Origin: Nitrosopumilus sp.
GTDB taxonomy: Archaea > Thermoproteota > Nitrososphaeria > Nitrososphaerales > Nitrosopumilaceae
Direction of reading: 5' to 3'
NCBI GenBank assembly: GCA_965203315.1
Contig: OZ241857.1
Span: 1,728,001-1,792,000, forward strand
DNA: 64,000 nucleotides
Part shown: one piece after another, positions 51,147 through 61,036 of the stretch
How the letters are laid out: every line of letters starts with the position of its first letter
How positions within the stretch are numbered: the first letter of the stretch is position 1
The notes under the pieces: model-generated
What the model was told of the DNA's origin: nothing
The model's database searches: none
The model's input: the letters and a program-made list of their open reading frames with translations, nothing else
Translations under genes and position numbers: made by a program

Positions 51147-52543
51147 TAAAGATAGGACTAGAGATTCACTGCCAACTCACAAACCTCAACAGTAAGCTAT
51201 TCTGTCCATGCAAAGCAGATTATCGTAGCTTTGAGGTAAATGAAAATATCTGTCCTATCTGTGTTGGCATTCCTGGTAGTCTTCCTAGACTGAATCAAGC
51301 AGCTGTAAAAAAAGCAGCCATGATTGCAATGTCGCTTGGTTGTAAAGTTCCAGAACGCATCGCATTCTTTCGCAAAAATTACTTTTATCCAGATCTACCA
51401 AAAAACTTTCAAATCACTCAGCTCAACATCTATGGTGATACCTGTATTGGAACTAGCGGTACAATGGTACTAGGTGATGCAACAATACACATAGCTCGAG
51501 TACAGATAGAAGAAGATCCTGGTAGATTGATATACGATGAACAATCAAACACCAAGACCGTCTTGATAGATTATAATCGTGCCGGTGTACCACTAGTTGA
51601 GATTGTAACAGAACCTGATTTTAAAAGTCCAAAGCAAGTACGTGTATTTGTCAACATGCTTGCAGATCTGCTTGAGAATCTAGATGTGGCAGATCCTCAT
51701 CTAGATGGAGCAATGCGTGCTGATGCTAATGTGTCTATACAAGGCGGTAACAAAGTTGAGATAAAGAATATTAACTCATTTCATGATCTAGAAAAAGCAA
51801 TACAGTACGAGTTGACACGTCAGACTAGTTTACACTCTCGTGGAATTGATATCTTACAAGAGACTCGTCATTGGGATGATCGTCGAAGAGTCACGAATCC
51901 TTCTAGGGCAAAGGAAGAGTCATTGGACTATCACTATATTCTTGAATCTGATATACCGTGGATAAAGATATCCTCTATACTCGGTGAACTAGAGCATAAC
52001 ATGCCTGAGAGTATAAACTCTAAACGAGATCGCTATATTGCAGAGTATGGACTACAACGTCAAGTGGCAGACGTTCTTGTGGCAGATAGATTTTATTCCA
52101 GTATGTTTGAAGCAACATGTCCAGACTCTGACGCAATAGAGATTGCAAATATCATAACAACCGATCTGATGGGTCTGGTAGATACGCGCCAAAGACGTAA
52201 CGACTCAAAGATCACACCAAAACATCTCAAGGATCTGGCACATGCTATACTGTCTGGCGCGATATCACGCAATGCCGCAAAGAGTGCATTGTACGAGATG
52301 GTAAATACTGGTCAGAATCTCTCGGAGATTGTGTCGAGATTGGATCTTGCAAGTATTGTAGATCAGAACGAGCTCGATCGTATTGTATCACAAGTGATAG
52401 CAGAAGAACCATCTGTTGTTGAACAGGCAAAGACAAACCCCAAGACTATCAACTATCTCTTGGGTCTGATCATGCGTAAGACAAAAGGTAAAGCTGATCC
52501 AAAGATGACTCTTGAGCTACTTCGCTCAAAGATTGATTCATAA
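51143..52543 (+). CDS. gatB: Asp/Glu-tRNA amidotransferase subunit B
   Basis: IGLEIHCQL, RKNYFYPDLPK, EEDPG, RADANVS, EIKNINS. Confidence 0.96.
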   Translation: MIKIGLEIHCQLTNLNSKLFCPCKADYRSFEVNENICPICVGIPGSLPRLNQAAVKKAAMIAMSLGCKVPERIAFFRKNYFYPDLPKNFQITQLNIYGDTCIGTSGTMVLGDATIHIARVQIEEDPGRLIYDEQSNTKTVLIDYNRAGVPLVEIVTEPDFKSPKQVRVFVNMLADLLENLDVADPHLDGAMRADANVSIQGGNKVEIKNINSFHDLEKAIQYELTRQTSLHSRGIDILQETRHWDDRRRVTNPSRAKEESLDYHYILESDIPWIKISSILGELEHNMPESINSKRDRYIAEYGLQRQVADVLVADRFYSSMFEATCPDSDAIEIANIITTDLMGLVDTRQRRNDSKITPKHLKDLAHAILSGAISRNAAKSALYEMVNTGQNLSEIVSRLDLASIVDQNELDRIVSQVIAEEPSVVEQAKTNPKTINYLLGLIMRKTKGKADPKMTLELLRSKIDS

Positions 52544-52654
52544 ATGTTGACTGCATACTCGACTCGAGTCCTAGTTGGTCACTAATGTGTGTGATCTCAT
52601 GTTCTCTAGATGTCAGAATCGTTGAACTAGATATATTTGATCGATATGCACAAT

Positions 52655-53896
52655 TTACGATTTTCTTTTAGATATACGTCGCTTTCGTATATGTTGGGTA
52701 ACCATTGGCAGAAATGCGCCCACATCTGATACTATTCCTAACGCCTGCCATGTGCCACGATCCATGAGCTTTGTAACTGTTGGTTGATTGATATCGACTA
52801 CGATCACTTTGACATCAGCTGGCAACATATTTCCTGTTGCGATGGAATGTAGCATTGTCGAGATCATTATCACCATCTCTGCATCGCGTAGAACTCGTTT
52901 GTATTCACGTTGAGCCTGGACAACATCTGTTATTACGTCAGGTAATGGACCATCATCTCGAATTGAGCCTGCAAGTACAAAAGGAACATTATTTTTAACA
53001 CACTCGTACATTATGCCTCTCGTAAGTTTTTTATCTCGAACCATATTTGGTATAGATCCTGACTTGAATACAGCATTTACGGCATCCATATGATTTCGGT
53101 GTCCGTGATTTGCAAGTGTAGCGTCATGAACGTTCATACCAAGTGATGTTCCAACTGTCGCATACTCAATATCGTGAACTGCTAGAGCGTTTCCTGCTAA
53201 AACTCCATCAATGTATCCAGTTCGTATCAACTCTGCCACAGAATCTGCCGCTCCAGTATGCACTATTGCTGGGCCTCCTACTATGATTATCTTTCCTCCA
53301 TGTTTTTTTGTCTTGTAAATGTCTTCGGCCACCTTTTTTGCGATATGCATTGTAGGTCGTTCACTAGAGCTCGAGCTTGCCATAAACTCAAATACGTTTG
53401 TCCCTTCTCGTGGTCGTTCTGGAGGTATTACTCGTACTCCTTGCTCACCAACTATTATCTGATCACCGCGCTTTACGTCCCTGATCGGAACGCATCTTGC
53501 TCTGTCTCCTTTTACTACAATGCATTTGTCCATCATGGTATTCTCGACTCTTACCCATTGATGTTTATAGAATATTTCAGTCTGGTTGTTAGTTGTGCTG
53601 TAAAAGTTGTCTGGCATCACCGAGTTTTTAGTTGCCTTTTTTAACATAATCTCTTTCTGAGTCTTTGCTGTAGCTCCTTCGCGATATATTATCTTTAGTA
53701 GATCATCTAGATGCTTTTGATTCTTGCCTATGATCAACATTAGTACATATGATGGATCTCGCTTTCGTTTCCCAACATCGATCTCTTTAATTTGAAACTC
53801 GCCGTCTAGATCTATTATCTTGTCAAAGATCTTTGGTAAGATCATAGAGTCGATCAAATGTCCGCGAACTTCAACCTCTTGTACAAATTTGTTCAT
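52655..53896 (-). CDS. TIGR00300 family (LOR/SDH-like, ArgZ C-terminal type) protein
   Basis: GHLIDS, FYSTTN, GPAIVHTG, GNALAVHDIE, AGSIRDDGPLP. Confidence 0.9.
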   Translation of the reverse strand: MNKFVQEVEVRGHLIDSMILPKIFDKIIDLDGEFQIKEIDVGKRKRDPSYVLMLIIGKNQKHLDDLLKIIYREGATAKTQKEIMLKKATKNSVMPDNFYSTTNNQTEIFYKHQWVRVENTMMDKCIVVKGDRARCVPIRDVKRGDQIIVGEQGVRVIPPERPREGTNVFEFMASSSSSERPTMHIAKKVAEDIYKTKKHGGKIIIVGGPAIVHTGAADSVAELIRTGYIDGVLAGNALAVHDIEYATVGTSLGMNVHDATLANHGHRNHMDAVNAVFKSGSIPNMVRDKKLTRGIMYECVKNNVPFVLAGSIRDDGPLPDVITDVVQAQREYKRVLRDAEMVIMISTMLHSIATGNMLPADVKVIVVDINQPTVTKLMDRGTWQALGIVSDVGAFLPMVTQHIRKRRISKRKS

Positions 53897-54103
53897 CGAT
53901 TAGTTTGATATCAGATGATAACTAAAAGGTTTTACTATGAATACTAGATTTGTGTCCAGTTGACGTCTTTGGCTGTTTTGGACTTGACGTAGGAATTCCT
54001 TTGCGAGCCTCTGAGATTTAGATGTATCGTGGTTGAGATTATAGGATCGGTTATTTACACTAGCTCACAATTTACGGTATTACATGCGTCACAAAAACTC
54101 TAG

Positions 54104-54460
54104 TTACACTGGTAGTATAACCTTGCCTGAAAATTTAGGAATATCTGCTGCATGAAACGCCGCCTCTAGAGATGTCTTTTGTTCCGGCGTAACTCCTTGA
54201 ACTATAGTCTTGGACGTTCCTGTTTCGTCAACTAGGGCAAGTATGTATCCGCTGGTATCTGTAAGTACAAATCCTGCTGACTCGTCTACAAATGCATATA
54301 GGTTTTCTTCTCCCACTGGTTCCCAAACACTCGATTGAGTATCCTTTAATGCAAGAGCAGGCATGGCTTTACCATCTGTAAGACTGTTTAGATACTCTCG
54401 TGCTTTGGCAACTCGTTTCTGTCCCATCTTTAGAGCTTGAAAATATTGCACAAATCTCAT
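54104..54460 (-). CDS. Hypothetical protein
   Basis: 118-aa ORF with a TATA element upstream. Confidence 0.72.
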   Translation of the reverse strand: MRFVQYFQALKMGQKRVAKAREYLNSLTDGKAMPALALKDTQSSVWEPVGEENLYAFVDESAGFVLTDTSGYILALVDETGTSKTIVQGVTPEQKTSLEAAFHAADIPKFSGKVILPV

Positions 54461-54856
54461 ACTGTGTTGTTTATATAAAAATCATCAAAAATCTACATTT
54501 CAGACATGTAGCAAGTCGACTATAGAAAAAAAGTTTACCGGTGTTTGTTGTCTCTTGCTGTGTTGAATGGTCTTATCATTCCCCTTTGATATCCATTGTT
54601 CGCTGGTATTGATCGATAAATGCGAACATGGGCTCATTATCGTTTTCCTTCACTTGATAGTGTAAGAGAATAGTGTATGTGTGATTTGAGATTCTACAAA
54701 AACAAACTCGTGTATTGCAAACCAAATGATCTAGTAATTTACACGAGTACAAAATGAGATCAAATCTTGGTTTCAAAACGAGGAATCGACGGTGCGTTAT
54801 GACCAACTAGATTTCAAACATAAACGATGTCTCGTTTCTAGACTTGTCATCTATGT

Positions 54857-55078
54857 TTAGTCGTCTAACTGCGCTAAGAGTCTTGTAATTGTCTCTGCAT
54901 TATTCTCTCGCTCTTTTAATATCGAGTCGAGCTTACTCTTATCTTCTTGGTTTGTTATGATCTCAAAGTATTCCGAGTCAAGCTCGCTATTTGCTTGGAA
55001 CCTTTTGACTATCTCGAATAGTATTCCAATTACCTGTTTTTGTGCCTCAATCAGCTCATCTCTATCATCCATCGTCAT
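54857..55078 (-). CDS. Hypothetical protein
   Basis: 73-aa ORF coupled to the HD gene. Confidence 0.68.
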   Translation of the reverse strand: MTMDDRDELIEAQKQVIGILFEIVKRFQANSELDSEYFEIITNQEDKSKLDSILKERENNAETITRLLAQLDD

Positions 55079-55595
55079 ACTTGACGAATATCATTTCAAA
55101 TAACTCTTTTAATTTAGGATCTGTGATAGACTTTTGTGCTGAATCGATCAATACACTAACATCATATCCTGCTAATTGATACTGCCTTGCTTGTAGTGCC
55201 ATCTCCAATTTGTCAAGCTGATGTACAAGTCTAGCTTCTGGGGTTCTACAACTACAGTACTCGTCCCATAAACGCCGATAATCTTGTTCAATCTCAAAAG
55301 GTAGATCACTTGTTATATTATGAAATGCTTTATTCTCCAACTCTAGTTTCTCTTCTGGGGGGATCTGATCTGGAACTAGATCGCCTATCTCAGCTTCTGC
55401 CAAATCATGCAAGAGCGACATCTTGATCACTTTTGTCGTATCATATCCTTGTACATCTGCTAAAACCATTCCCATGACTGACATTACATATGTATGATCA
55501 GCTACTGATTCGGGATATCTGATAGATGATTTTTGAATCCATCCTTGTCTCATGATCTCTTTTAATTTAACTGCAGACTTGAAGAACTCTAGCAT
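55065..55595 (-). CDS. HD-domain phosphohydrolase (YfbR/HDDC2-like)
   Basis: RQGW, ESVADH, LLHDLAE, DKLEM. Confidence 0.9.
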   Translation of the reverse strand: MLEFFKSAVKLKEIMRQGWIQKSSIRYPESVADHTYVMSVMGMVLADVQGYDTTKVIKMSLLHDLAEAEIGDLVPDQIPPEEKLELENKAFHNITSDLPFEIEQDYRRLWDEYCSCRTPEARLVHQLDKLEMALQARQYQLAGYDVSVLIDSAQKSITDPKLKELFEMIFVKYDDG

Positions 55596-55741
55596 TGTAA
55601 TGATGTTTGATTACTATCAGATAAAGGGTTGTAACTAGTAACTAATGCCGTACCCTCGTTGCATATACTCGTGCATATCAGATCGTATGAATGATAGATT
55701 GTTTCGAACAACATAATAGTAATTCCTACCTGTGATAATAG

Positions 55742-56278
55742 TTGAAAATATACACAAAGACTGGTGACACTGGTGACACTGATATTCAAGGCAAGTTGAG
55801 GATAGCAAAATCGCATCCAAGGATAATGGCATATGGAGCAGTAGATGAGATCAGTTCCGCGTTAGGTATAGTTATCGCGACCCTTAATGATCAACAAATA
55901 TCCAAAATTTTGAGTCAAATTCAACATGATCTATTCATAGTTGGCGCCGATCTATCGAATCCAAATCTCAACGATACCAAAAATCGTACCTCAATCGAGA
56001 TGACAAATCAGCTTGAGCAATGGATCGACACATTTGATATCGAACTTGATCCTCTTACTAACTTTATATTTCCTGGCGGTGTCTTGTCAGCAGCTCAACT
56101 CCACCACGCAAGAACAATAACCCGTAGGGCCGAGACACTTGTTGTTGCATTAACCGAGCGAGATGAGATTAATGCAAGATGTATTGTATATCTTAACAGA
56201 CTCTCTGATCTCTTGTTCGTTCTGAGTAGACTACTCAACAAGAGATCAAAGCGAGAAGATATTGTCTGGAAGGTCTGA
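55742..56278 (+). CDS. pduO: PduO-type ATP:cob(I)alamin adenosyltransferase
   Basis: KIYTKTGD.G.T, AYGAVDE, FIFPGG, RRAE, YLNRLSD. Confidence 0.94.
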   Translation: MKIYTKTGDTGDTDIQGKLRIAKSHPRIMAYGAVDEISSALGIVIATLNDQQISKILSQIQHDLFIVGADLSNPNLNDTKNRTSIEMTNQLEQWIDTFDIELDPLTNFIFPGGVLSAAQLHHARTITRRAETLVVALTERDEINARCIVYLNRLSDLLFVLSRLLNKRSKREDIVWKV

Positions 56279-56346
56279 AACTACTGCCTAGTCGTGCATA
56301 CAAAAGACAAACTTTAATTCCTTTATAGGATTTTTCTCTTCTAAGT

Positions 56347-56420
56347 GCCGTGGTAGCTCAGCCCGGGAGAGCACTCGGCTGAAGACCGAGCCGTCGCGCG
56401 TTCAAATCCCGCCCGCGGCA
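56347..56420 (+). tRNA. tRNA-Phe(GAA)
   Basis: Acceptor GCCGTGG/CCGCGGC, CTCGG-CTGAAGA-CCGAG, TTCAAAT T-loop. Confidence 0.93.
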
Positions 56421-56571
56421 CTCTTTTTGTTATTATGCGATCAGATTAACCGATGTGGTCATTCATTGAGCCTCAAAAGGAGACAATCTCGTGTATTTGA
56501 TGTGGAATTCGCATCATGGCTACCAATACAAAATATTTAAAAACAAGGTGATCTCTCTACTTTCAATATTC

Positions 56572-57415
56572 ATGGCTGAAAAAAAGAAGGATATGAAATC
56601 CAAATTGGCAAAGAAACCCAAAGAGACTAAATCTACTGCAAAACCAACAAAGAAAGAGACCAAACCAAAGACCACAAAGAAACCCAAAGAGACTAAATCT
56701 ACTGCAAAACCAACAAAGAAAGAGACCAAACCAAAGACCACAAAGAAACCCAAAGAGACTAAATCTACTGCAAAACCAACAAAGAAAGAGACCAAACCAA
56801 AGACCACAAAGAAACCCAAAGAGACTAAATCTGCTGCAAAACCAACAAAGAAAGAGACCAAACCAAAGACCACAAAGAAACCCAAAGAGACTAAATCTAC
56901 TGCAAAACCAACAAAGAAAGAGACCAAACCAAAGACCACAAAGAAACCCAAAGAGACTAAATCTACTGCAAAACCAACAAAGAAAGAGACCAAACCAAAG
57001 ACCACAAAGAAACCCAAAGAGACTAAATCTGCTGCAAAACCAACAAAGAAAGAGACCAAACCAAAGACCACAAAGAAACCCAAAGAGACTAAATCTACTG
57101 CAAAACCAACAAAGAAAGAGACCAAACCAAAGACCACAAAGAAACCCAAAGAGACTAAATCTAGCAAAACCAACAAAGAAAGAGACCAAACCAAAGACCA
57201 CAAAGAAACCCAAAGAGACTAAATCTACTGCAAAACCAACAAAGAAAGAGACCAAACCAAAAAAGTCAAAATCAACCAAAAGATCACATGACGCACCTGC
57301 AGACGATATAGGATTGATAATAGTGGAAGACGATCTCGAGATAGATCAAGACAAGATCAATGAAGAGAGACGCGCATATCTTGAGGAAGCACGTTCCCAA
57401 GAAGCGTCAGACTAA
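56572..57415 (+). CDS. Lys/Thr/Pro-rich histone H1-like repeat protein with acidic C-terminus; 2-bp frameshift in repeat 9
   Basis: KKPKETKSTAKPTKKETKPKTT x~10. tctagca replaces tctactgca near 57163. The other frame ends IIVEDDLEIDQDKINEERRAYLEEARSQEASD. Confidence 0.8.
56611..57262 (+). repeat. 66-bp tandem repeat, about 10 copies
   Basis: Near-identical units; ACT>GCT variant in copies 4 and 7; 2-bp deletion in copy 9. Confidence 0.97.
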
Positions 57416-57447
57416 ATCTTTATCAATTTGTATGATGTAGGATATAC

Positions 57448-57687
57448 ATGCGTGCTTTGTGCCTAATTGCCGTCAAGTCCGGCAAGGTCGATGTGGTAGT
57501 TCAAATTCTACGAAAGAAACGCAAAATAGTCAAACAGATAATGATGGTCACTGGCAGAGCTGACATTTGTGTATTGTTGCAAGGCAATATCAATGAGATA
57601 AACAACATGGTCATAGATTTTAAGAGGATCAAGGAGATTGTGACAACTGAAACGCTTATTGAGGTGGAGGTAAATCTGGGATGGTGA
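57448..57687 (+). CDS. Lrp/AsnC ligand-binding domain protein
   Basis: MRALCLI...VTGRADI...TETLI. Confidence 0.82.
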   Translation: MRALCLIAVKSGKVDVVVQILRKKRKIVKQIMMVTGRADICVLLQGNINEINNMVIDFKRIKEIVTTETLIEVEVNLGW

Positions 57688-57899
57688 GAGCAATAGTTTT
57701 AGTAAAATCACCAAAGAAACTGATCGCAGCCAAACTCCGCAAGATCAAATTAGTGTCTGACTCGTTTCCAACTAGTGGACAGTTTGACGCAGTTGCAATA
57801 ATTGATGTCGGAGATCTAGTTGAGATAAAGACTGTAGTAGATCAGATCCAAAAGATCAACGGTGTAGAACGAACTGAGACCATGGTCGAAGTAGTCTGA
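57681..57899 (+). CDS. Lrp/AsnC ligand-binding domain protein
   Basis: RAIVLV...TSGQFDAV...GVERTETM. Confidence 0.85.
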   Translation: MVRAIVLVKSPKKLIAAKLRKIKLVSDSFPTSGQFDAVAIIDVGDLVEIKTVVDQIQKINGVERTETMVEVV

Positions 57900-58139
57900 G
57901 GTTTGAAACCTTGACAACCTTTGTTCATCTTGTAACTATACTTCGACTAGCGACATATCCCAAGATATCAAATAATCCATGTTGATGCTAATTTGCAATC
58001 TTTCGCATTGTTGAGACTGGTATGGCATTGGAATTAGATCAGATTATTATCTTAATTCCACCTGAACGTCTAATCGATCTTTACACTGATCCGTTCAAGA
58101 CTTTATTAAATAGTGAATCCATATATCAACGTGGTGAAG

Positions 58140-58283
58140 ATGAACAAGTTTTATTGTACTCGATGTGATCGAATCTTCTCTAAACGTGAATTTGAGCGCC
58201 ACACATGTGGAGCAAACTGTGACACCTGTCCAATTGACTATCTAACATCTAAAATTGTTGGGGTGTTTAAGCACAACCGATGA
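58140..58283 (+). CDS. 47-aa zinc-finger-like small protein (not in the ORF track)
   Basis: MNKFYCTRCDRIFSKREFERHTCGANCDTCPID...; TATA ctttattaaa upstream. Confidence 0.65.
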   Translation: MNKFYCTRCDRIFSKREFERHTCGANCDTCPIDYLTSKIVGVFKHNR

Positions 58284-58360
58284 CTAGTGATCGATCTTGT
58301 ATTTCTTTGGATGATGGCACTATTGTAAACTGATTTAAAGAACCGTACAGTAGAGTATCT

Positions 58361-58774
58361 ATGAACATTAAGAAAGTTGGGAATGTGATCTTGGCAGTAA
58401 AAGATCTAGAAAAGTCTATTGACTTTTATCAAAATATTATAGGTCTGCCAATCAAACACCAACGCCGATCGTGGGTAGACCTAGGTACATCAGGTGCACT
58501 ACTTAGTCTCCATCCAGCATCACTAACTGCTAAACATATCGGTAGTTCTATAGAGAATGGAATAACTATTGGGTTTATCGTCGGTGATGTAAAATCAGCT
58601 GTTGAAGAATTGCGCTCCAAGGGCGTCACGATCTATCGTGATATCATCGAAAAAGATGCTGGCAAGAACGCGGTGATTCAAGATCCAGACGAATATCTGA
58701 TCTCACTGTTTGAACCAAACTTTAATGACAAAGTAGAACAGACTAGTGGCTATCACGGATTTACTCCAGTTTAA
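58361..58774 (+). CDS. VOC/glyoxalase family protein
   Basis: LAVKDLEKSIDFY..IGL, DPDEYLISL. Confidence 0.88.
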   Translation: MNIKKVGNVILAVKDLEKSIDFYQNIIGLPIKHQRRSWVDLGTSGALLSLHPASLTAKHIGSSIENGITIGFIVGDVKSAVEELRSKGVTIYRDIIEKDAGKNAVIQDPDEYLISLFEPNFNDKVEQTSGYHGFTPV

Positions 58775-58943
58775 TGCGTTAATTGATCACACATTGGACA
58801 CAAAGGCTAGGCTGTTCCAAAATTATACTATATGCATAATTACGAGTTTGTCTGTCTAGATGCCCTCGATATCTTTACCGCTCAACTGTAATACACTCAA
58901 CTGTATGGCATTTTTATGAGTACGTTGACAAGTACATGATATC

Positions 58944-59327
58944 TTAGATGATCTTTTTTATAGAGTCGATAATTTTTGAAACGTCGCTCTCTTTTTTATC
59001 GATCGAGATCCAAAATGTGATGCCACCTTTATGCAAGATCAAGATGGTAATCTTTTGATGCTCTAGTATGACGTGTTCTAGTTTACCAATCTCCTTCATA
59101 GTATTGGTGCGCATAGATATTAGTACAGATGTGATAAAGAACTCATTCTTGAGAGCATCTGGTTTTAGCAAAGGTTTCATTCCTGGACTAAATAGACCTG
59201 TCAATGTTCTACCGTACTCGTTGACCACACCAACGTATCGAATATTATCAGACACATCTAGTATCTTCTGACACTGTTTTCTGTATTGGACAATAACCTT
59301 CTTCCATTTGTCTGCTGGAGTTACCAC
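58944..59327 (-). CDS. Thaumarchaeal roadblock/profilin-like (DUF6659-type) protein
   Basis: CQKIL...IRYVGVVNEYGR...G.KPLL...IGKL. Confidence 0.7.
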   Translation of the reverse strand: MVTPADKWKKVIVQYRKQCQKILDVSDNIRYVGVVNEYGRTLTGLFSPGMKPLLKPDALKNEFFITSVLISMRTNTMKEIGKLEHVILEHQKITILILHKGGITFWISIDKKESDVSKIIDSIKKII

Positions 59328-59358
59328 AAGTAGCCTAAATGTGACTAGGTAATTAATG

Positions 59359-59715
59359 TTAGTGGTTTGAACTGATCTCGTCTATCTTCTTCCTTAACTC
59401 TGTGTTCTCTTTGGCGAGCTTGTCGTTCTTTGCACGCAGAGTTCGAATCGAGTCTTGTTCTGTGTATAATGGATGATTGGGATGATTTGTATTGGTTCCT
59501 GACAAGAGATCTTCTGATTGCTGCTTGGAAGCATACGTAAATCTGTCCAGTCCTCCGATGGTATCTAGTTGCTTTAGAAACTGTTCACGTATATGATCAA
59601 ATGTCATTGGTCGTGACTGGCTAGGAGGTAGTCTCGGAAACTGAAATGCCATATGTGGTATAAAAGGATCTAGTCCATAGAGCCGTTGCAAGTGCTGCAT
59701 CAATATCGAATCCAT
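59359..59715 (-). CDS. Hypothetical protein with a C-terminal coiled coil
   Basis: LRAKNDKLAKENTELRKK. Confidence 0.62.
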   Translation of the reverse strand: MDSILMQHLQRLYGLDPFIPHMAFQFPRLPPSQSRPMTFDHIREQFLKQLDTIGGLDRFTYASKQQSEDLLSGTNTNHPNHPLYTEQDSIRTLRAKNDKLAKENTELRKKIDEISSNH

Positions 59716-59914
59716 TCACTATGCCTAGAATAGATGGTATATTTCTGCTTTTCTTGTATGTTGTTGGATTGATATTAGACATAGTGCTCAGGCACAATCG
59801 AGGTCACGTACTGGGCGTAATCGATTGATACAACTTGGTAAAAAGTTGAACGTCTTTACTCAAATCAAATTGATCGACGATCTTTATAGAATACTGCTTG
59901 ATATTATTAGTATA

Positions 59915-60055
59915 ATGACCGAAAAGAGATGTATGAAATGCAATCAAGAGATAAGATCCAAAGATCTACACAAGATAGTAATGTATGTGATTCGAGAAAA
60001 GTTTACCGAGCACCACTACGAGCATGTTGAGTGTCCAGATCGATTCACTGTATAG
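59915..60055 (+). CDS. Small metal-binding protein
   Basis: MTEKRCMKC...HHYEHVECP; TATA tttata upstream. Confidence 0.65.
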   Translation: MTEKRCMKCNQEIRSKDLHKIVMYVIREKFTEHHYEHVECPDRFTV

Positions 60056-60056
60056 T

Positions 60057-60836
60057 TTAATCCACGCATTCGTAAACTCTGTATGTCTCGCCGGTTCGTC
60101 TAGATCTGTACTTCCATTCATTATTCTTCCATATTATTTCTGAAAAGTTTCTTTGAGAGTTGGGATGTAGTCGTTTAAAGACATCTCCTCCAATCAATAT
60201 CTGATTAGGTTTTGCCATCGATTGGATCTTTGCTGCAATATTCATTACTGGTCCAATCAGATCGACTTGAGAGTATTGTACATCTGCGCCATATCTTACA
60301 ACCATGTTCTCACCATAATCTATACCGATCTTTATCCTGAGATCTGGATAGTCGTACTGGTTTAGGATCGGATTGATTCCCTTCTTTATTATGGTGATCA
60401 TTGACTTTGCACAGTTTATTGCATTCTCTACTGCAAGTAGACCGTTATATTCTCCCACAAAGTAACCGATCACAGCATCGCCGACAAACTTTAAGACATA
60501 TCCATGATGCTGTTGTATCACGGATGCCATCTCTTGTGTAAAAGAACTGATGATTATTGCAATTTTTTCTCCTGGCATCTCTAGGGTCATTGTAGTTGAT
60601 CCTACTAGATCGACATAGAGGACAACCATGTCCATCTTTGTAAAGACATTCTTGCGTAGAAATCTGTCGGACTCGTTGGTTACGCCAGAATATTCATATC
60701 CTCGTTTCAATGCAGCCCAGACTCGCTTTTGAGTCTCTAGAATCATGGTCTCAGTGTCTAGTGTCTTTTCCGTACTTGTACCTAACAACATGTCTATTGT
60801 ATTGTTATCTGTATTTTTTGATTGATCTTGATCCAT
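60057..60836 (-). CDS. Class III adenylate/guanylate cyclase domain protein
   Basis: VLYVDLVGST, LKFVGDAV, IKIGID.G, DLIG..MNIAAKIQ. Confidence 0.9.
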   Translation of the reverse strand: MDQDQSKNTDNNTIDMLLGTSTEKTLDTETMILETQKRVWAALKRGYEYSGVTNESDRFLRKNVFTKMDMVVLYVDLVGSTTMTLEMPGEKIAIIISSFTQEMASVIQQHHGYVLKFVGDAVIGYFVGEYNGLLAVENAINCAKSMITIIKKGINPILNQYDYPDLRIKIGIDYGENMVVRYGADVQYSQVDLIGPVMNIAAKIQSMAKPNQILIGGDVFKRLHPNSQRNFSEIIWKNNEWKYRSRRTGETYRVYECVD

Positions 60837-61036
60837 GTATATCTCCTACTCTAATGGAAAATCTATTCCACATCGCTCACATTTACCTCTATCTCCTCGA
60901 TACGTTCTATGATAGTATATGACTATCTTTGTTTTACATAGTTCACAGACAAATGTTCTACCCACACATAGTTTTAGAATACAAACTATTTAGATATTGA
61001 TGAAGATTTAAGGAGGGACTAGACATACTATGTTTT

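Noticed and set aside
54576-54806. 76-aa minus-strand ORF
   Set aside because: No recognisable motif and atypical composition; likely intergenic or a decayed element.
56611-57262. Possible CRISPR array (66-bp period)
   Set aside because: Units are identical over their full length with no unique spacers, they encode protein, and no cas genes are present in the window.
56520-57279. Long hydrophobic minus-strand ORFs (227 and 238 aa)
   Set aside because: Antisense shadows of the stop-free 66-bp lysine-rich repeat.
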